Source of the DNA: Balanoglossus misakiensis
Lineage: Eukaryota > Animalia > Hemichordata
NCBI GenBank assembly: GCA_040954595.2
Contig: CM082585.2
Coordinates: 510,814 to 574,813, forward strand
Direction: 5' to 3'
Length of the DNA stretch: 64,000 nucleotides
Position numbers and translations under genes: made by a program. Under the pieces are notes generated by a model, which searched no databases, was not told the origin of the DNA, and saw only the letters and a program-made list of their open reading frames with translations. This document shows, one piece after another, positions 1 to 15,000 of this stretch (positions within the stretch are counted from its first letter, which is position 1; every line of letters begins with the position of its first letter).

Positions 1-3000
1 ATTCAAAGAAAGGTCACGTAACAGAATATGTATAGTTTCAAGCCTTTGTTTTGGAATAACGAATTCTCTACAAGATTTAAGTGGAACAGTCACAGAATGA
101 AAACAAATATGGAAAGAGTTATGTCGGAATGTTGTAAGGGATAGATTAATATTGCAAATAATTTAATTTCTTACAGCATAAATGAAATTCAAAGAATGGT
201 CACATAACGGGCCATGTTTTACTAAAAAGACTTATGTATAGTTTCAAGGCTTTGTTTGGAATAACGAATTCTCTCCAAGATTTAAGTTGAACAGTTACAG
301 AATGAAAACAAATATTCAAATAGTTATGCTGGAATGTTGTAAGGGATAGTTTAATATTGCAAATAATTTAATTTCTTACATCATAAATGAAATTCAAAGA
401 ATGGTCAAATAACGGGCCATGTTTTACTAAAAAGACTTAATATGTATAGTTTGAAGGCTTTGTTTTGGAATAACGAATTCTCTACAAGATTTAAGTGGAA
501 CAGGCACAGAATGAAAACAAATATGGAAAGCATTATGCCGGAATGTTGTAAGGGATAGATAATTATTGCAAATAATTTAATTTCTTACATCATAAATGGA
601 AACCAAAGAATGGTCACATAACGGGCCATGTTTTACAAAAAGACTTATGTATAGTTTCAAGGCTTTGTTTTGGAATAACAAATTCTCTACAAGATTTAAG
701 TGGAACAGTCACAGAATGAAAACAAATATGGAAAGAGTTATGCTGGAATGTTGTAAGGGATAGATTAATATTGCAAATAATTTAATTTCTTACATCAAAA
801 AATGAATATTCAAAGAATGGTCACATAACAGGATATGTTTTACGAAAAAGACTTATGTTATAGTTTCAAGGCTTTGTTTTGGAATAACGAATTCTCTACA
901 AGATTTAAGTGGAACAGTCACACAATGAAAACAAATATGGAAAGAGTTATGCCGGAATGTTGTAAGGAATAGATTAATATTGCAAATAATTTAATTACTT
1001 ACATCATAAATGGAATTTAAACAAATGTCACGTAATAGGATATGTATAGTTTCAAGGCTTTGTTTTGGAATAACGAATACTCTACAAGATTTAAGTAGAA
1101 CAGTCACAGAATGAAAACAAATTAAAAAGAGTTATGCTGGAATGTTGTAAGGGATAGATTAATATTGCAAAAAATTTAATTTCTTACACCATAAATGGAA
1201 TTCAAAGAAAGGTCACGTAACAGAATATGTATAGTTTCAAGCCTTTGTTTTGGAATAACAAATTCTCTACAAGATTTAAGTGGAACAGTCACAGAATGAA
1301 AACAAATATGGAAAGAGTTATGTCGGAATGTTGTAAGGGATAGATTAATATTGCAAATAATTTAATTTCTTACAGCATAAATGAAATTCAAAGAATGGTC
1401 ACATAACGGGCCATGTTTTACTAAAAAGACTTATGTATAGTTTCAAGGCTTTGTTTGGAATAACGAATTCTCTCCAAGATTTAAGTTGAACAGTTACAGA
1501 ATGAAAACAAATATTCAAATAGTTATGCTGGAATGTTGTAAGGGATAGTTTAATATTGCAAATAATTTAATTTCTTACATCATAAATGAAATTCAAAGAA
1601 TGGTCAAATAACGGGCCATGTTTTACTAAAAAGACTTAATATGTATAGTTTGAAGGCTTTGTTTTGGAATAACGAATTCTCTACAAGATTTAAGTGGAAC
1701 AGGCACAGAATGAAAACAAATATGGAAAGCATTATGCCGGAATGTTGTAAGGGATAGATAATTATTGCAAATAATTTAATTTCTTACATCATAAATGGAA
1801 ACCAAAGAATGGTCACATAACGGGCCATGTTTTACAAAAAGACTTATGTATAGTTTCAAGGCTTTGTTTTGGAATAACAAATTCTCTACAAGATTTAAGT
1901 GGAACAGTCACAGAATGAAAACAAATATGGAAAGAGTTATGCTGGAATGTTGTAAGGGATAGATTAATATTGCAAATAATTTAATTTCTTACATCAAAAA
2001 ATGAATATTCAAAGAATGGTCACATAACAGGATATGTTTTACGAAAAAGACTTATGTTATAGTTTCAAGGCTTTGTTTTGGAATAACGAATTCTCTACAA
2101 GATTTAAGTGGAACATTCACAGAATGAAAACAAGTATGGAAAGAGTTATGCCGGAATGTTGTAAGGAATAGATTAATATTGCAAATAATTTAATTTCTTA
2201 CATCATAAATGGAATTCAAAGAAAGGTCACGTAACAGGATATGTATAGTTTCAAGCCTTTGTTTTGGAGTAACGAATTCTCTACAAGATTTAAGTGGAAC
2301 AGTCACAGAATGAAAACAAATATGGAAAGAGTTATGCTGAAATGTTGTAAGGGATAGATTAATATTGCATAAAATTTAATTTCTTACATCATAAATGGAA
2401 TTCAAAGAATGGTCACATAACTGGATATGTTTTACTAAAAAGACTTATGTATAAGTTCAAGAATTTGTGTTGAAATACCAAATTCTCTACAAGATTTAAG
2501 TGGAACAGTCACAGAATGAAAACAAATATGGAAAGAGATATGTCGGATTGTTGTAAGGGATAGATTAATATTGCAAATAATTTAATTTCTTACATCATAA
2601 ATGGAATTCAAAGAATGGTCACATAACGGGCCATGTTTTACTAAAAAGACTTATGTATAGTTTCAAGGCTTTGTTTTGGAATAACGAATTCTATCCAAGA
2701 TTTAAGTTGAACAGTTACAGAATGAAAACAAATATTCAAATAGTTATGCTGAAATGTTGTAAGGGATAGTTTAATATTGCAAATAATTTAATTTCTTAAT
2801 CATAAATGAAATTCTAAGAATGGTCAAATAACGGGCCATGTTTTACTAAAAAGACTTAATATGTATAGTTTGAAGGCTTTGTTATGGAATAACGAATTCT
2901 CTACAAGATTTAAGTGGAACAGGCACAGAATGAAAACAAATATGGAAAGCGTTATGCCGGAATGTTGTAAGGGATAGATAATTATTGCAAATAATTTAAT

Positions 3001-6000
3001 TTCTTACATCATAAATGGAAACCAAAGAATGGTCACATAACGGGCCATGTTTTACAAAAAGACTTATGTATAGTTTCAAGGCTTTGTTTTGGAATAACGA
3101 ATTCTCTACAAGATTTAAGTGGAATAGTCACAGAATGAAAACAAATATGGAAAGAGTTATGCTGGAATGTTGTAAGGGATAGATTAATATTGCAAATAAT
3201 TTAATTTCTTACATCATAAAATGAATTCAAAGAATGGTCACATAACAGGATATGTTTTACGAAAAAGACTTATGTTATAGTTTCAAGGCTTTGTTTTGGA
3301 ATAACGAATTCTCTACAAGATTTAAGTGGAACAGTCACAGAATGAAAACAAATATGGAAAGAGTTATGCCGGAATGTTGTAAGGAATAGGTTAATATTGC
3401 AAATAATTTAATTTCTTACATCATAAATGGAATTCAAAGAAAGGTCACGTAACAGGATATGTATAATTTCAAGCCTTTGTTTTGGAGTAACGAATTGTCT
3501 ACAAGATTTAAGTGGAACAGTCACAGAATGAAAACAAATATGGAAAGAGTTATGCTGAAATGTTGTAAGGGATAGATTAATATTGCATAAAATTTAATTT
3601 CTTACATCATAAATGGAATTCAAAGAATGGTCACATAACGGGCCATGTTTTACTAAAACGACTTATGTATAGTTTCAAGGCTTTGTTTGGAATAACGAAT
3701 TCTCTCCAAGATTTAAGTGGAACAGTTACAGAATGAAAACAAATATTCAAATAGTTATGCTGGAATGTTGTAAGGGATAGTTTAATATTGCAAATAATTA
3801 AATTTCTTACATCATAAATAAAATTCAAAGAATGGTCACATAACGGGCCATGTTTTACTAAAAAGACTTATGTATAGTTTCAAGGTTTTGTTTTGGAATA
3901 ACGAATTCTCTACAAGATTTAAGTGGAATAGTCACAGAATGAAAACAAATATGGAAAGAGTTATGCTGGAATGTTGTAAGGGATAGATTAATATTGCAAA
4001 TAATTTAATTTCTTACATCATAAATGGAATTCAAAGAATGGTCACATAACGGGCCATGTTTTACTAAAAAGACTTATGTATAGTTTCAAGGCTTTGTTTT
4101 GGAATAACGAATTCTCTCCAAGATTTAAGTTGAACAGTTACAGAATGAAAACAAATATTCAAATAGTTATGCTGAAATGTTGTAAGGGATAGTTTAATAT
4201 TGCAAATAATTTAATTTCTTAATCATAAATGAAATTCTAAGAATGGTCAAATAACGGGCCATGTTTTACTAAAAAGACTTAATATGTATAGTTTGAAGGC
4301 TTTGTTATGGAATAACGAATTCTCTACAAGATTTAAGTGGAACAGGCACAGAATGAAAACAAATATGGAAAGCGTTATGCCGGAATGTTGTAAGGGATAG
4401 ATAATTATTGCAAATAATTTAATTTCTTACATCATAAATGGAAACCAAAGAATGGTCACATAACGGGCCATGTTTTACAAAAAGACTTATGTATAGTTTC
4501 AAGGCTTTGTTTTGGAATAACGAATTCTCTACAAGATTTAAGTGGAATAGTCACAGAATGAAAACAAATATGGAAAGAGTTATGCTGGAATGTTGTAAGG
4601 GATAGATTAATATTGCAAATAATTTAATTTCTTACATCATAAAATGAATTCAAAGAATGGTCACATAACAGGATATGTTTTACGAAAAAGACTTATGTTA
4701 TAGTTTCAAGGCTTTGTTTTGGAATAACGAATTCTCTACAAGATTTAAGTGGAACAGTCACAGAATGAAAACAAATATGGAAAGAGTTATGCCGGAATGT
4801 TGTAAGGAATAGGTTAATATTGCAAATAATTTAATTTCTTACATCATAAATGGAATTCAAAGAAAGGTCACGTAACAGGATATGTATAATTTCAAGCCTT
4901 TGTTTTGGAGTAACGAATTGTCTACAAGATTTAAGTGGAACAGTCACAGAATGAAAACAAATATGGAAAGAGTTATGCTGAAATGTTGTAAGGGATAGAT
5001 TAATATTGCATAAAATTTAATTTCTTACATCATAAATGGAATTCAAAGAATGGTCACATAACGGGCCATGTTTTACTAAAAAGACTTATGTATAGTTTCA
5101 AGGCTTTGTTTGGAATAACGAATTCTCTCCAAGATTTAAGTTGAACAGTTACAGAATGAAAACAAATATTCAAATAGTTATGCTGGAATGTTGTAAGGGA
5201 TAGTTTAATATTGCAAATAATTAAATTTCTTACATCATAAATAAAATTCAAAGAATGGTCACATAACGGGCCATGTTTTACTAAAAAGACTTATGTATAG
5301 TTTCAAGGTTTTGTTTTGGAATAACGAATTCTCTACAAGATTTAAGTGGAATAGTCACAGAATGAAAACAAATATGGAAAGAGTTATGCTGGAATGTTGT
5401 AAGGGATAGATTAATATTGCAAATAATTTAATTTCTTACATCATAAAATGAATTCAAAGAATGGTCACATAACAGGATATGTATAGTTTCAAGCCTTTGT
5501 TTTGGAGTAACGAATTCTCTACAAGATTTAAGTGGAACAGTCACAGAATGAAAACAAATATGGAAAGAGTTATGCTGAAATGTTGTAAGGGATAGATTAA
5601 TATTGCAAATAATTGAATTTCTTACATCATAAATGGAATTCAAAGAATGCTCACATAACGGGCCATGTTTTACTAAAAAGACTTATGTATAGTTTCAAGG
5701 CTTTGTTTGGAATAATGAATTCTCTACAAGATTTAAGTGGAACAGTCACAGAATGAAAACAAATATGGAAAGAGTTATGCCGGAATGTTGTAAGGAATAG
5801 ATTAATATTGCAAATAATTTAATTTCTTACATCATAAATGGAATTCAAAGAAACGTCACGTAACAGGATATGTATCGTTTCAAGGCTTTGTTTTGGAATA
5901 ACGAATTCTCTACAAGATTTAAGTGGAACAGTCACAGAATGAAAACAAATATGGAAAGAGTTATGCTGGAATGTTATAAGGGATAGATTAATATTGCAAA

Positions 6001-9000
6001 TAATTTATTTTCTTACATCATAAAATGAATTCAAAGAATGGTCACATAACAGGATATGTTTTACTAAAAAGACTTATGTTATAGATTCAAGGCTTTATTT
6101 TGGAATAACGAATTCTCTACAAGATTTAAGTGGAACAGTCACAGAATGAAAACAAATATGGAAAGAGTTATGCCGGAATGTTGTAAGGGATAGATTAATA
6201 TTGCAAAAAATTTAATTTCTTACATCATAAATGGAATTCAAAGAAACGTCACGTACCAGGATATGTATCGTTTCAAGGCTTTGTTTTGGAATAACGAATT
6301 CTCTACAAGATTTAAGTGGAACAGTCACAGAATGAAAACAAATATGGAAAGAGTTATGCTGAAATGTTGTAAGGGATAGATTAATATTGCATAAAATTTA
6401 ATTTCTTACATCATAAATGGAATTCAAAGAATGGTCACATAACGGGCCATGTTTTACTAAAAAGACTTATGTATAGTTTCAAGGCTTTGTTTGGAATAAC
6501 GAATTCTCTCCAAGATTTAAGTTGAACAGTTACAGAATGAAAACAAATATTCAAATAGTTATGCTGGAATGTTGTAAGGGATAGTTTAATATTGCAAATA
6601 ATTTAATTTCTTACATCATAAATGAAATTCAAAGAATGGTCACATAACGGGCCATGTTTTACTAAAAAGACTTATGTATAGTTTCAAGGTTTTGTTTTGG
6701 AATAACGAATTCTCTACAAGATTTAAGTGGAATAGTCACAGAATGAAAACAAATATGGAAAGAGTTATGCTGGAATGTTGTAAGGGATAGATTAATATTG
6801 CAAATAATTTAATTTCTTACATCATAAAATGAATTCAAAGAATGGTCACATAACAGGATATGTATAGTTTCAAGCCTTTGTTTTGGAGTAACGAATTCTC
6901 TACAAGATTTAAGTGGAACAGTCACAGAATGAAAACAAATATGGAAAGAGTTATGCTGAAATGTTGTAAGGGATAGATTAATATTGCAAATAATTGAATA
7001 TCTTACATCATAATTGGAATTCAAAGAATGCTCACATAACGGGCCATGTTTTACTAAAAAGACTTATGTATAGTTTCAAGGCTTTGTTTGGAATAACGAA
7101 TTCTCTACAAGATTTAAGTGGAACAGTCACAGAATGAAAACAAATATGGAAAGAGTTATGCCGGAATGTTGTAAGGAATAGATTAATATTGCAAATAATT
7201 TAATTTCTTACATCATAAATGGAATTCAAAGAAACGTCACGTAACAGGATATGTATCGTTTCAAGGCTTTGTTTTGGAATAACGAATTCTCTACAAGATT
7301 TAAGTGGAACAGTCACAGAATGAAAACAAATATGGAAAGAGTTATGCTGGAATGTTATAAGGGATAGATTAATATTGCAAATAATTTAATTTCTTACATC
7401 ATAAAATGAATTCAAAGAATGGTCACATAACAGGATATGTTTTACTAAAAAGACTTATGTTATAGATTCAAGGCTTTGTTTTGGAATAACGAATTCTCTA
7501 CAAGATTTAAGTGGAACAGTCACAGAATGAAAACAAATATGGAAAGAGTTATGCTGGAATGTTGTAAGGGATAGATTAATATTGCAAAAAATTTAATTTC
7601 TTACATCATAAATGGAATTCAAAGACAGGTCACGTAACAGGATATGTTTTACTAAAAAGACTTATGTATAGGTTCAAGAATTTGTGTTGAAATACCAAAT
7701 TCTCTACAAGATTTAAGTGGAACAGTCACAGAATGAAAACAAATATAGAAAGAGTTATGCCTCAATGTTGTAAGGGATAGATTAATATTGCAAATAATTT
7801 AATTTCTTATATCATAAATGGAATTCAAAGAATGGTCACATAACGGGCCATGTTTTAGTAAAAAGACTTATGTATAGTTTCAAGGCTTTGTTTTGGAATA
7901 ACGAATTCTCTCCAAGATTTAAGTTGAACAGTTACAGAATGAAAACAAATATTCAAATAGTTATGTTGGAATGTTGTAAGGGATAGTTTAATATTGCAAA
8001 TAATTTAATTTCTTACATCATAAATGGAATTCAAAGAATGGTCACATAACGGGCCATGTTTTACAAAAAGACTTAATATGTATAGTTTCAAGGCTTTGTT
8101 TTGGAATAACGAATTCTCTACAGGATTTAAGTGGAACAGTCACAGAATGAAAACAAATATGGAAAGAGTTATGCTGGAATGTTGTAAGGGATAGATTAAT
8201 ATTGCAAATAATTTAATTTCTTACATCATAAAATGAATTCAAAGAATGGTCTCATAACAGGATATGTTTTACTAAAAAGACTTATGTATAGTTACAAGGC
8301 TTTGTTTTGGAATAACGAATTCTCTACAAGATTTAAGTGGAACAGTCACAGAATGAAAACAAATATGGAAAGAGTTATGCTGGAATGTTATAAGGGATAG
8401 ATTAATATTGCAAATAATTTAATTTCTTACATCATAAAATAAATTCAAAGAATGGTCACATAACAGGATATGTTTTACTAAAAAGACTTATGTTATAGTT
8501 TCAAGGCTTTGTTTTGGAATAACGAATTCTCTACAAGATTTAAGTGGAACAGTCACAGAATGAAAACAAATATGGAAAGAGTTATGCCGGAATGTTGTAA
8601 GGAATAGATTAATATTGCAAATAATTTAATTTCTTACATCATAAATGGAATTCAAAGAAACGTCACGTAACAGGATATGTATCGTTTCAAGGCTTTGTTT
8701 TGGAATAACGAATTCTCTACAAGATTTAAGTGGAACAGTCACAGAATGAAAACAAATATGGAAAGAGTTATGTCGGTATGTTGTAAGGGATAGATTAATA
8801 TTGCAAATAATTTAATTTCTTACATCATAAATGGAATTCAAAGAATGGTCACATAACGGGCCATGTTTTACTAAAAAGACTTATGTATAGTTTCAAGGCT
8901 TTGTTTTGGAATAACGAATTCTCTCCAAGATTTAAGTTGAACAGTTACAGAATGAAAACAAATATTCAAATAGTTATGCCAGAATGTTGTAAGGGATAGA

Positions 9001-12000
9001 TTAATATTGCAAATAATTTAATTTCTTACATCATAAATGGAATTCAAAGAATGGTCACATAACGGGCCATGTTTTACAAAAAGACTTTTGTATAGTTTCA
9101 AGGCTTTGTTTTGGAATAACGAATTCTCTACAGGATTTAAGTGGAACAGTCACAGAATGAAAACAAATATGGAAAGAGTTATGCTGGAATAGATTAATAT
9201 TGCAAATAATTTAATTTCTTACATCATAAAATGAATTCAAAGAAACGTCACGTAACAGGATATGTATCGTTTCAAGGCTTTGTTTTGGAATAACGAATTC
9301 TCTACAGGATTTAAGTGGAACAGTCACAGAATGAAAACAAATATGGAAAGAGTTATGCTGGAATGTTGTAAGGGATAGATTAATATTGCAAATAATTTAA
9401 TTTCTAACATCATAAAATGAATTCAAAGAATGGTCACATAACAGGATATGTTTTACTAAAAAGACTTATGTATAGTTACAAGGCTTTGTTTTGGAATAAC
9501 GAATTCTCTACAAGATTTAAGTGGAACAGTCACAGAATGAAAACAAATATGGAAAGAGTTATGCTGGAATGTTATAAGGGATAGATTAATATTGCAAATA
9601 ATTTAATTTCTTACATCATAAAATGAATTCAAAGAATGGTCACATAACAGGATATTTTTTACTAAAAAGAATTATGTTATAGATTCAAGGCTTTGTTTTG
9701 GAATAACGAATTCTCTACAAGATTTAAGTGGAACAGTCACAGAATGAAAACAAATATGGAAAGAGTTATGCCGGAATGTTGTAAGGAATAGATTAATATT
9801 GCAAATAATTTAATTTCTTACATCATAAATGGAATTCAAAGAACCGTCATGTAACAGGATATGTATAGTTTCAAGGCTTTGTTTTGGAATAACGAATTCT
9901 CTACAAGATTTAAGTGGAACCGTCACAGAATGAAAACAAATATGGAAAGAGTTATGTCAGAATGTTGTAAGGGATAGATTAATATTGCAAATAATTTAAT
10001 TTCTTACATCATAAATGGAATTCAAAGAATGGTCACATAACGGGCCATGTTTTACAAAAAAGACTTATGTATAGTTTCAAGGCTTTGTTTTGGAATAACG
10101 AATTCTCTCCAAGATTTAAGTTGAACAGTTACAGAATGAAAACAAATATTCAAATAGTTATGTTGGAATGTTTTAAGGGATAGATTAATATTGCAAATAA
10201 TTTAAATTCTTACATCATAAAATGGAATTCAAAGAATGGTCACATAACGGGCCATGTTTTACAAAAAGACTTTTGTATAGTTTCAAGGCTGTGTTTTGGA
10301 ATAACGAATTCTCTACAGGATTTAAGTGGAACAGTCACAGAATGAAAACAAATATGGAAAGAGTTATGCTGGAATAGATTAATATTGCAAATAATTTAAT
10401 TTCTTACATCATAAAATGAATTCAAAGAATGGTCACATAACAGGATATGTTTTACTAAAAAGACTTATGTATAGTTTCAAGGCTTTGTTTTGGAATAACG
10501 AATTCTCTACAAGATTTAAGTGGAACAGTCACAGAATGAAAACAAATATGGAAAGAGTTATGCTGGAATGTTGTAAGTGATAGATTAATATTGCAAATAA
10601 TTTAATTTCTTACATCATAAAATGAATTCAAAGAATACTCACATAACAGGATATGTTTTACTAAAAAGACTTATGTTATAGTTTCAAGGCTTTGTTTTGG
10701 AATAACGAATTCTCTACAAGATTTAAGTGGAACAGTCACAGAATGAAAACAAATATGGAAAGAGTTATGCCGAATGTTGTAAGGAATAGATTAATATTGC
10801 AAATAATTTAATTTCTTACATCATAAATGGAATTCAAAGAATGGTCACATAACAGGATATGTTTTACTAAAAAGACTTATGTATAGTTTCAAGGCTTTGT
10901 TTTGGAATAACGAATTCTCTACAAGATTTAAGTGGAACAGTCACAGAATGAAAAACAAATATGGAAAGAGTTATGCTGGAATGTTGTAAGGGATAGATTA
11001 ATATTGCAAAAAATTTAATTTCTTACATCATAAATGGAATTCAAAGAAAGGTCACGTAACAGGATATGTATAGTTTCAAACCTTTGTTTTTGAGTAACGA
11101 ATTCTCTACAAGATTTAAGTGGAACAGTCACAGAATGAAAACAAATATGGAAAGAGTTATGCTGGAATGTTGTAAGCGATAGATTAATATTGCAAATAAT
11201 TTAATTTCTTACATCATAAATGGAATTCAAAGAATGGTCACATAACTGGATATGTTTTACTAAAATGACTTATGTATAGGTTCAAGAATTTGTGTTGAAA
11301 TACCAAATTCTCTACAAGATTGAAGTGGAACAGTCACAGAATGAAAACAAATATAGAAAGAGTTATGCCGGAATGTTGTAAGGGATGGATTAATATTGCA
11401 AATAATTTAATTTCTTATATCATAAATGGAATTCAAAGAATGGTCACATAACGGGCCATGTTTTAGTAAAAAGACTTATGTATAGTTTCAAGGCTTTGTT
11501 TTGGAATAACGAATTCTCTACAAGATTTAAGTGGAACAGTCACAGAATGAAAACAAATATGGAAAGAGTTATTTCGGAATGTTGTAAGGGATAGATTAAT
11601 ATTGCAAATAATTTAATTTCTTACATCATAAATGGAATTCAAAGAATGGTCAAATAATGGGCCATGTTTTACTAAAAAGACTTATGTATAGTTTCAAGGC
11701 TTTGTTTTGGAATAACGAATTCTCTCCAAGATTTAAGTTGAACAGTTACAGAATGAAAACAAATATTCAAATAGTTATGTTGGAATGTTGTAAAGGATAG
11801 TTTAATATTCCAAATAATTTAATTTCTTACATCATAAATGAAATTCAAAGAATGGTCAAATAACGGGCCATGTTTTACTAAAAAGACTTAATATGTATAG
11901 TTTGAAGGCTTTGTTTTGGAAAAACGAATTCTCTACAAGATTTAAGTGGAACAGTCACAGAATGAAAACAAATATGGAAAGCGTTATGCCGGAATGTTGT

Positions 12001-15000
12001 CAGGGATAGATTAATATTGCAAATAATTTAATTTCTTACATCATAAATGGAATTCAAAGAATGGTCACATAACAGGATATGTCTTACTAAAAAGACTTAT
12101 GTTATAGTTTCAAGGCTTTGTTTTGGAATAACGAATTCTCTACAAGATTTAAGTGGAACAGTCACAGAATGAAAACAAATATGGAAAGAGTTATGCCAGA
12201 ATGTTGTAAGGGATAGATTAATATTGCAAATAATTTAATTTCTTACATCATAAATGGAATTCAAAGAATGGTCACATAACGGGCCATGTTTTACAAAAAG
12301 ACTTTTGTATAGTTTCAAGGCTTTGTTTTTGAATAACGAATTCTCTACAGGATTTAAGTGGAACAGTCACAGAATGAAAACAAATATGGAAAGAGTTATG
12401 CTGGAATGTTGTAAGGGACAGATTAATATTGCAAATAATTTAATTTCTTACATCATAAAATGAATTCAAAGAATGGTCACATAACAGGATATGTTTTACT
12501 AAAAAGACTTATGTATAGTTTCAAGGCTTTGTTTTGGAATAACGAATTCTCTACAAGATTTAAGTGGAACAGTTACAGAATGAAAACAAATATTCAAATA
12601 GTTATGTTGGAATGTTGTAAGGGATAGTTTAATATTGCAAATAATTTAATTTCTTACATCATAAATGAAATTCAAAGAATGGTCAAATAACAGGCCATGT
12701 TTTACTAAAAAGACTTAATATGAATAGTTTGAAGGCTTTGTTTTGAAGGCTTTGTTTTGGAATAACGAATTCTCTACAAGATTTAAGTGGAACAGTCACA
12801 GAATGAAAACAAATATGGAAAGCGTTATGCCAGACTGTTGTAAGGGATAGAATAATATTGCAAATAATTTAATTTCTTACATCATAAATGGAATTCAAAG
12901 AATGGTCACATAACGGGCCATGTTTTACAAAAAGACTTTTGTATAGTTTCAAGGCTTTGTTTTGGAATAACGAATTCTCTACAGGATTTAAGTGGAACAG
13001 TCACAGAATGAAAACAAATATTCAAATAGTTATGTTGGAATGTTGTAAAGGATAGTTTAATATTCCAAATAATTTAATTTCTTACATCATAAATGAAATT
13101 CAAAGAATGGTCAAATAACGGGCCATGTTTTACTAAAAAGACTTAATATGTATAGTTTGAAGGCTTTGTTTTGGAATAACGAATTCTCTACAAGATTTAA
13201 GTGGAACAGTCACAGAATGAAAACAAATATGGAAAGCGTTATGCCGGAATGTTGTCAGGGATAGATTAATATTGCAAATAATTTAATTTCTTACATCATA
13301 AATGGAATTCAAAGAATGGTCACATAACAGGATATGTTTTACTAAAAAGACTTATGTTATAGTTTCAAGGCTTTGTTTTGGAATAACGAATTCTCTACAA
13401 GATTTAAGTGGAACAGTCACAGAATGAAAACAAATATGGAAAGAGTTATGCCAGAATGTTGCAAGGAATAGATTAATATTGCAAATAATTTAATTTCTTA
13501 CATCATAAATGGAATTCAAAGAATCGTCACATAACGGGCCATGTTTTACTAAAAAGACTTATGTATAGTTTCAAGGCTTTGCTTTGGAATAACGAATTAT
13601 CTCAAAGATTTAAGTTGAACAGTTACAGAATGAAAACAAATATTCAAATAGTTATGTTGGAATGTTGTAAGGGATAGTTTAATATTGCAAATAATTTAAT
13701 TTCTTACATCATAAATGAAATTCAAAGAATGGTCAAATAACAGGCCATGTTTTACTAAAAAGACTTAATATGTATAGTTTGAAGGCTTTGTTTTGAAGGC
13801 TTTGTTTTGGAATAACGAATTCTCTACAAGATTTAAGTGGAACAGTCACAGAATGAAAACAAATATGGAAAGCGTTATGCCAGACTGTTGTAAGGGATAG
13901 ATTAATATTGCAAATAATTTAATTTCTTACATCATAAATGGAATTCAAAGAATGGTCACATAACGGGCCATGTTTTACAAAAAGACTTTTGTATAGTTTC
14001 AAGGCTTAGTTTTGGATTAACGAATTCTCTACAGGATTTAAGTGGAACAGTCACAGAATGAAAACAAATATGGAAAGAGTTATGCTGGAATGTTGTAAGG
14101 GATAGATTAATATTGCAAATAATTTAATTTCTTACATCATAAATGAAATTCAAAGAATGGTCAAATAACGGGCCATGTTTTACTAAAAAGACTTAATATG
14201 TATAGTTTCAAGGCTTTGTTTTGGAATAACGAATTCTCTACAAGATTTAAGTGAAACAGTTACAGATTGAAAACTAATATGGAAAGAGTTATGTTGGAAT
14301 GTTGTAAGGGATAGTTATATATTGCAAATAATTTAATTTCTTACATCATAAATGAAATTCAAAGAATGGTCAAATAACGGGCCATGTTTTACTAAAAAGA
14401 CTTAATATGTATAGTTTGAAGGCTTTGTTTTGGAATAACGAATTCTCTACAAGATTTAAGTTGAACAGTCACAGAATGAAAACAAATATGGAAAGCGTTA
14501 TGCCGGAATGTTGTAAGGGATAGATTAATATTGCAAATAATTTAATTTCTTACATCATAAATGGAATTCAAAGAATGGTCACATAACGGGCTATGTTTTA
14601 CAAAAAGACTTATGTATAGTTTCAAGGCTTTGTTTTGAAATAACGAATTCTCTACAAGATTTAAGTGGAACAGTCACAGAATGAAAACAAATATGGAAAG
14701 AGATATGCTGGAATGTTGTAAGGGATAGATTAATATTGCAAATAATTTAATTTCTTACATCATAAAATGAATTCAAAGAATGGTCACATAACAGGATATG
14801 TTTTACTAAAAAGACTTATGTTATAGTTTCAAGACTTTGTTTTGGAATAACGAATTCTCTACAAGATTTAAGTGGAACAGTTACAGAATGAAAACAAATA
14901 TTCAAATAGTTATGTTGGAATGTTGTAAAGGATAGTTTAATATTCCAAATAATTTAATTTCTTACATCATAAATGAAATTCAAAGAATGGTCAAATAACG

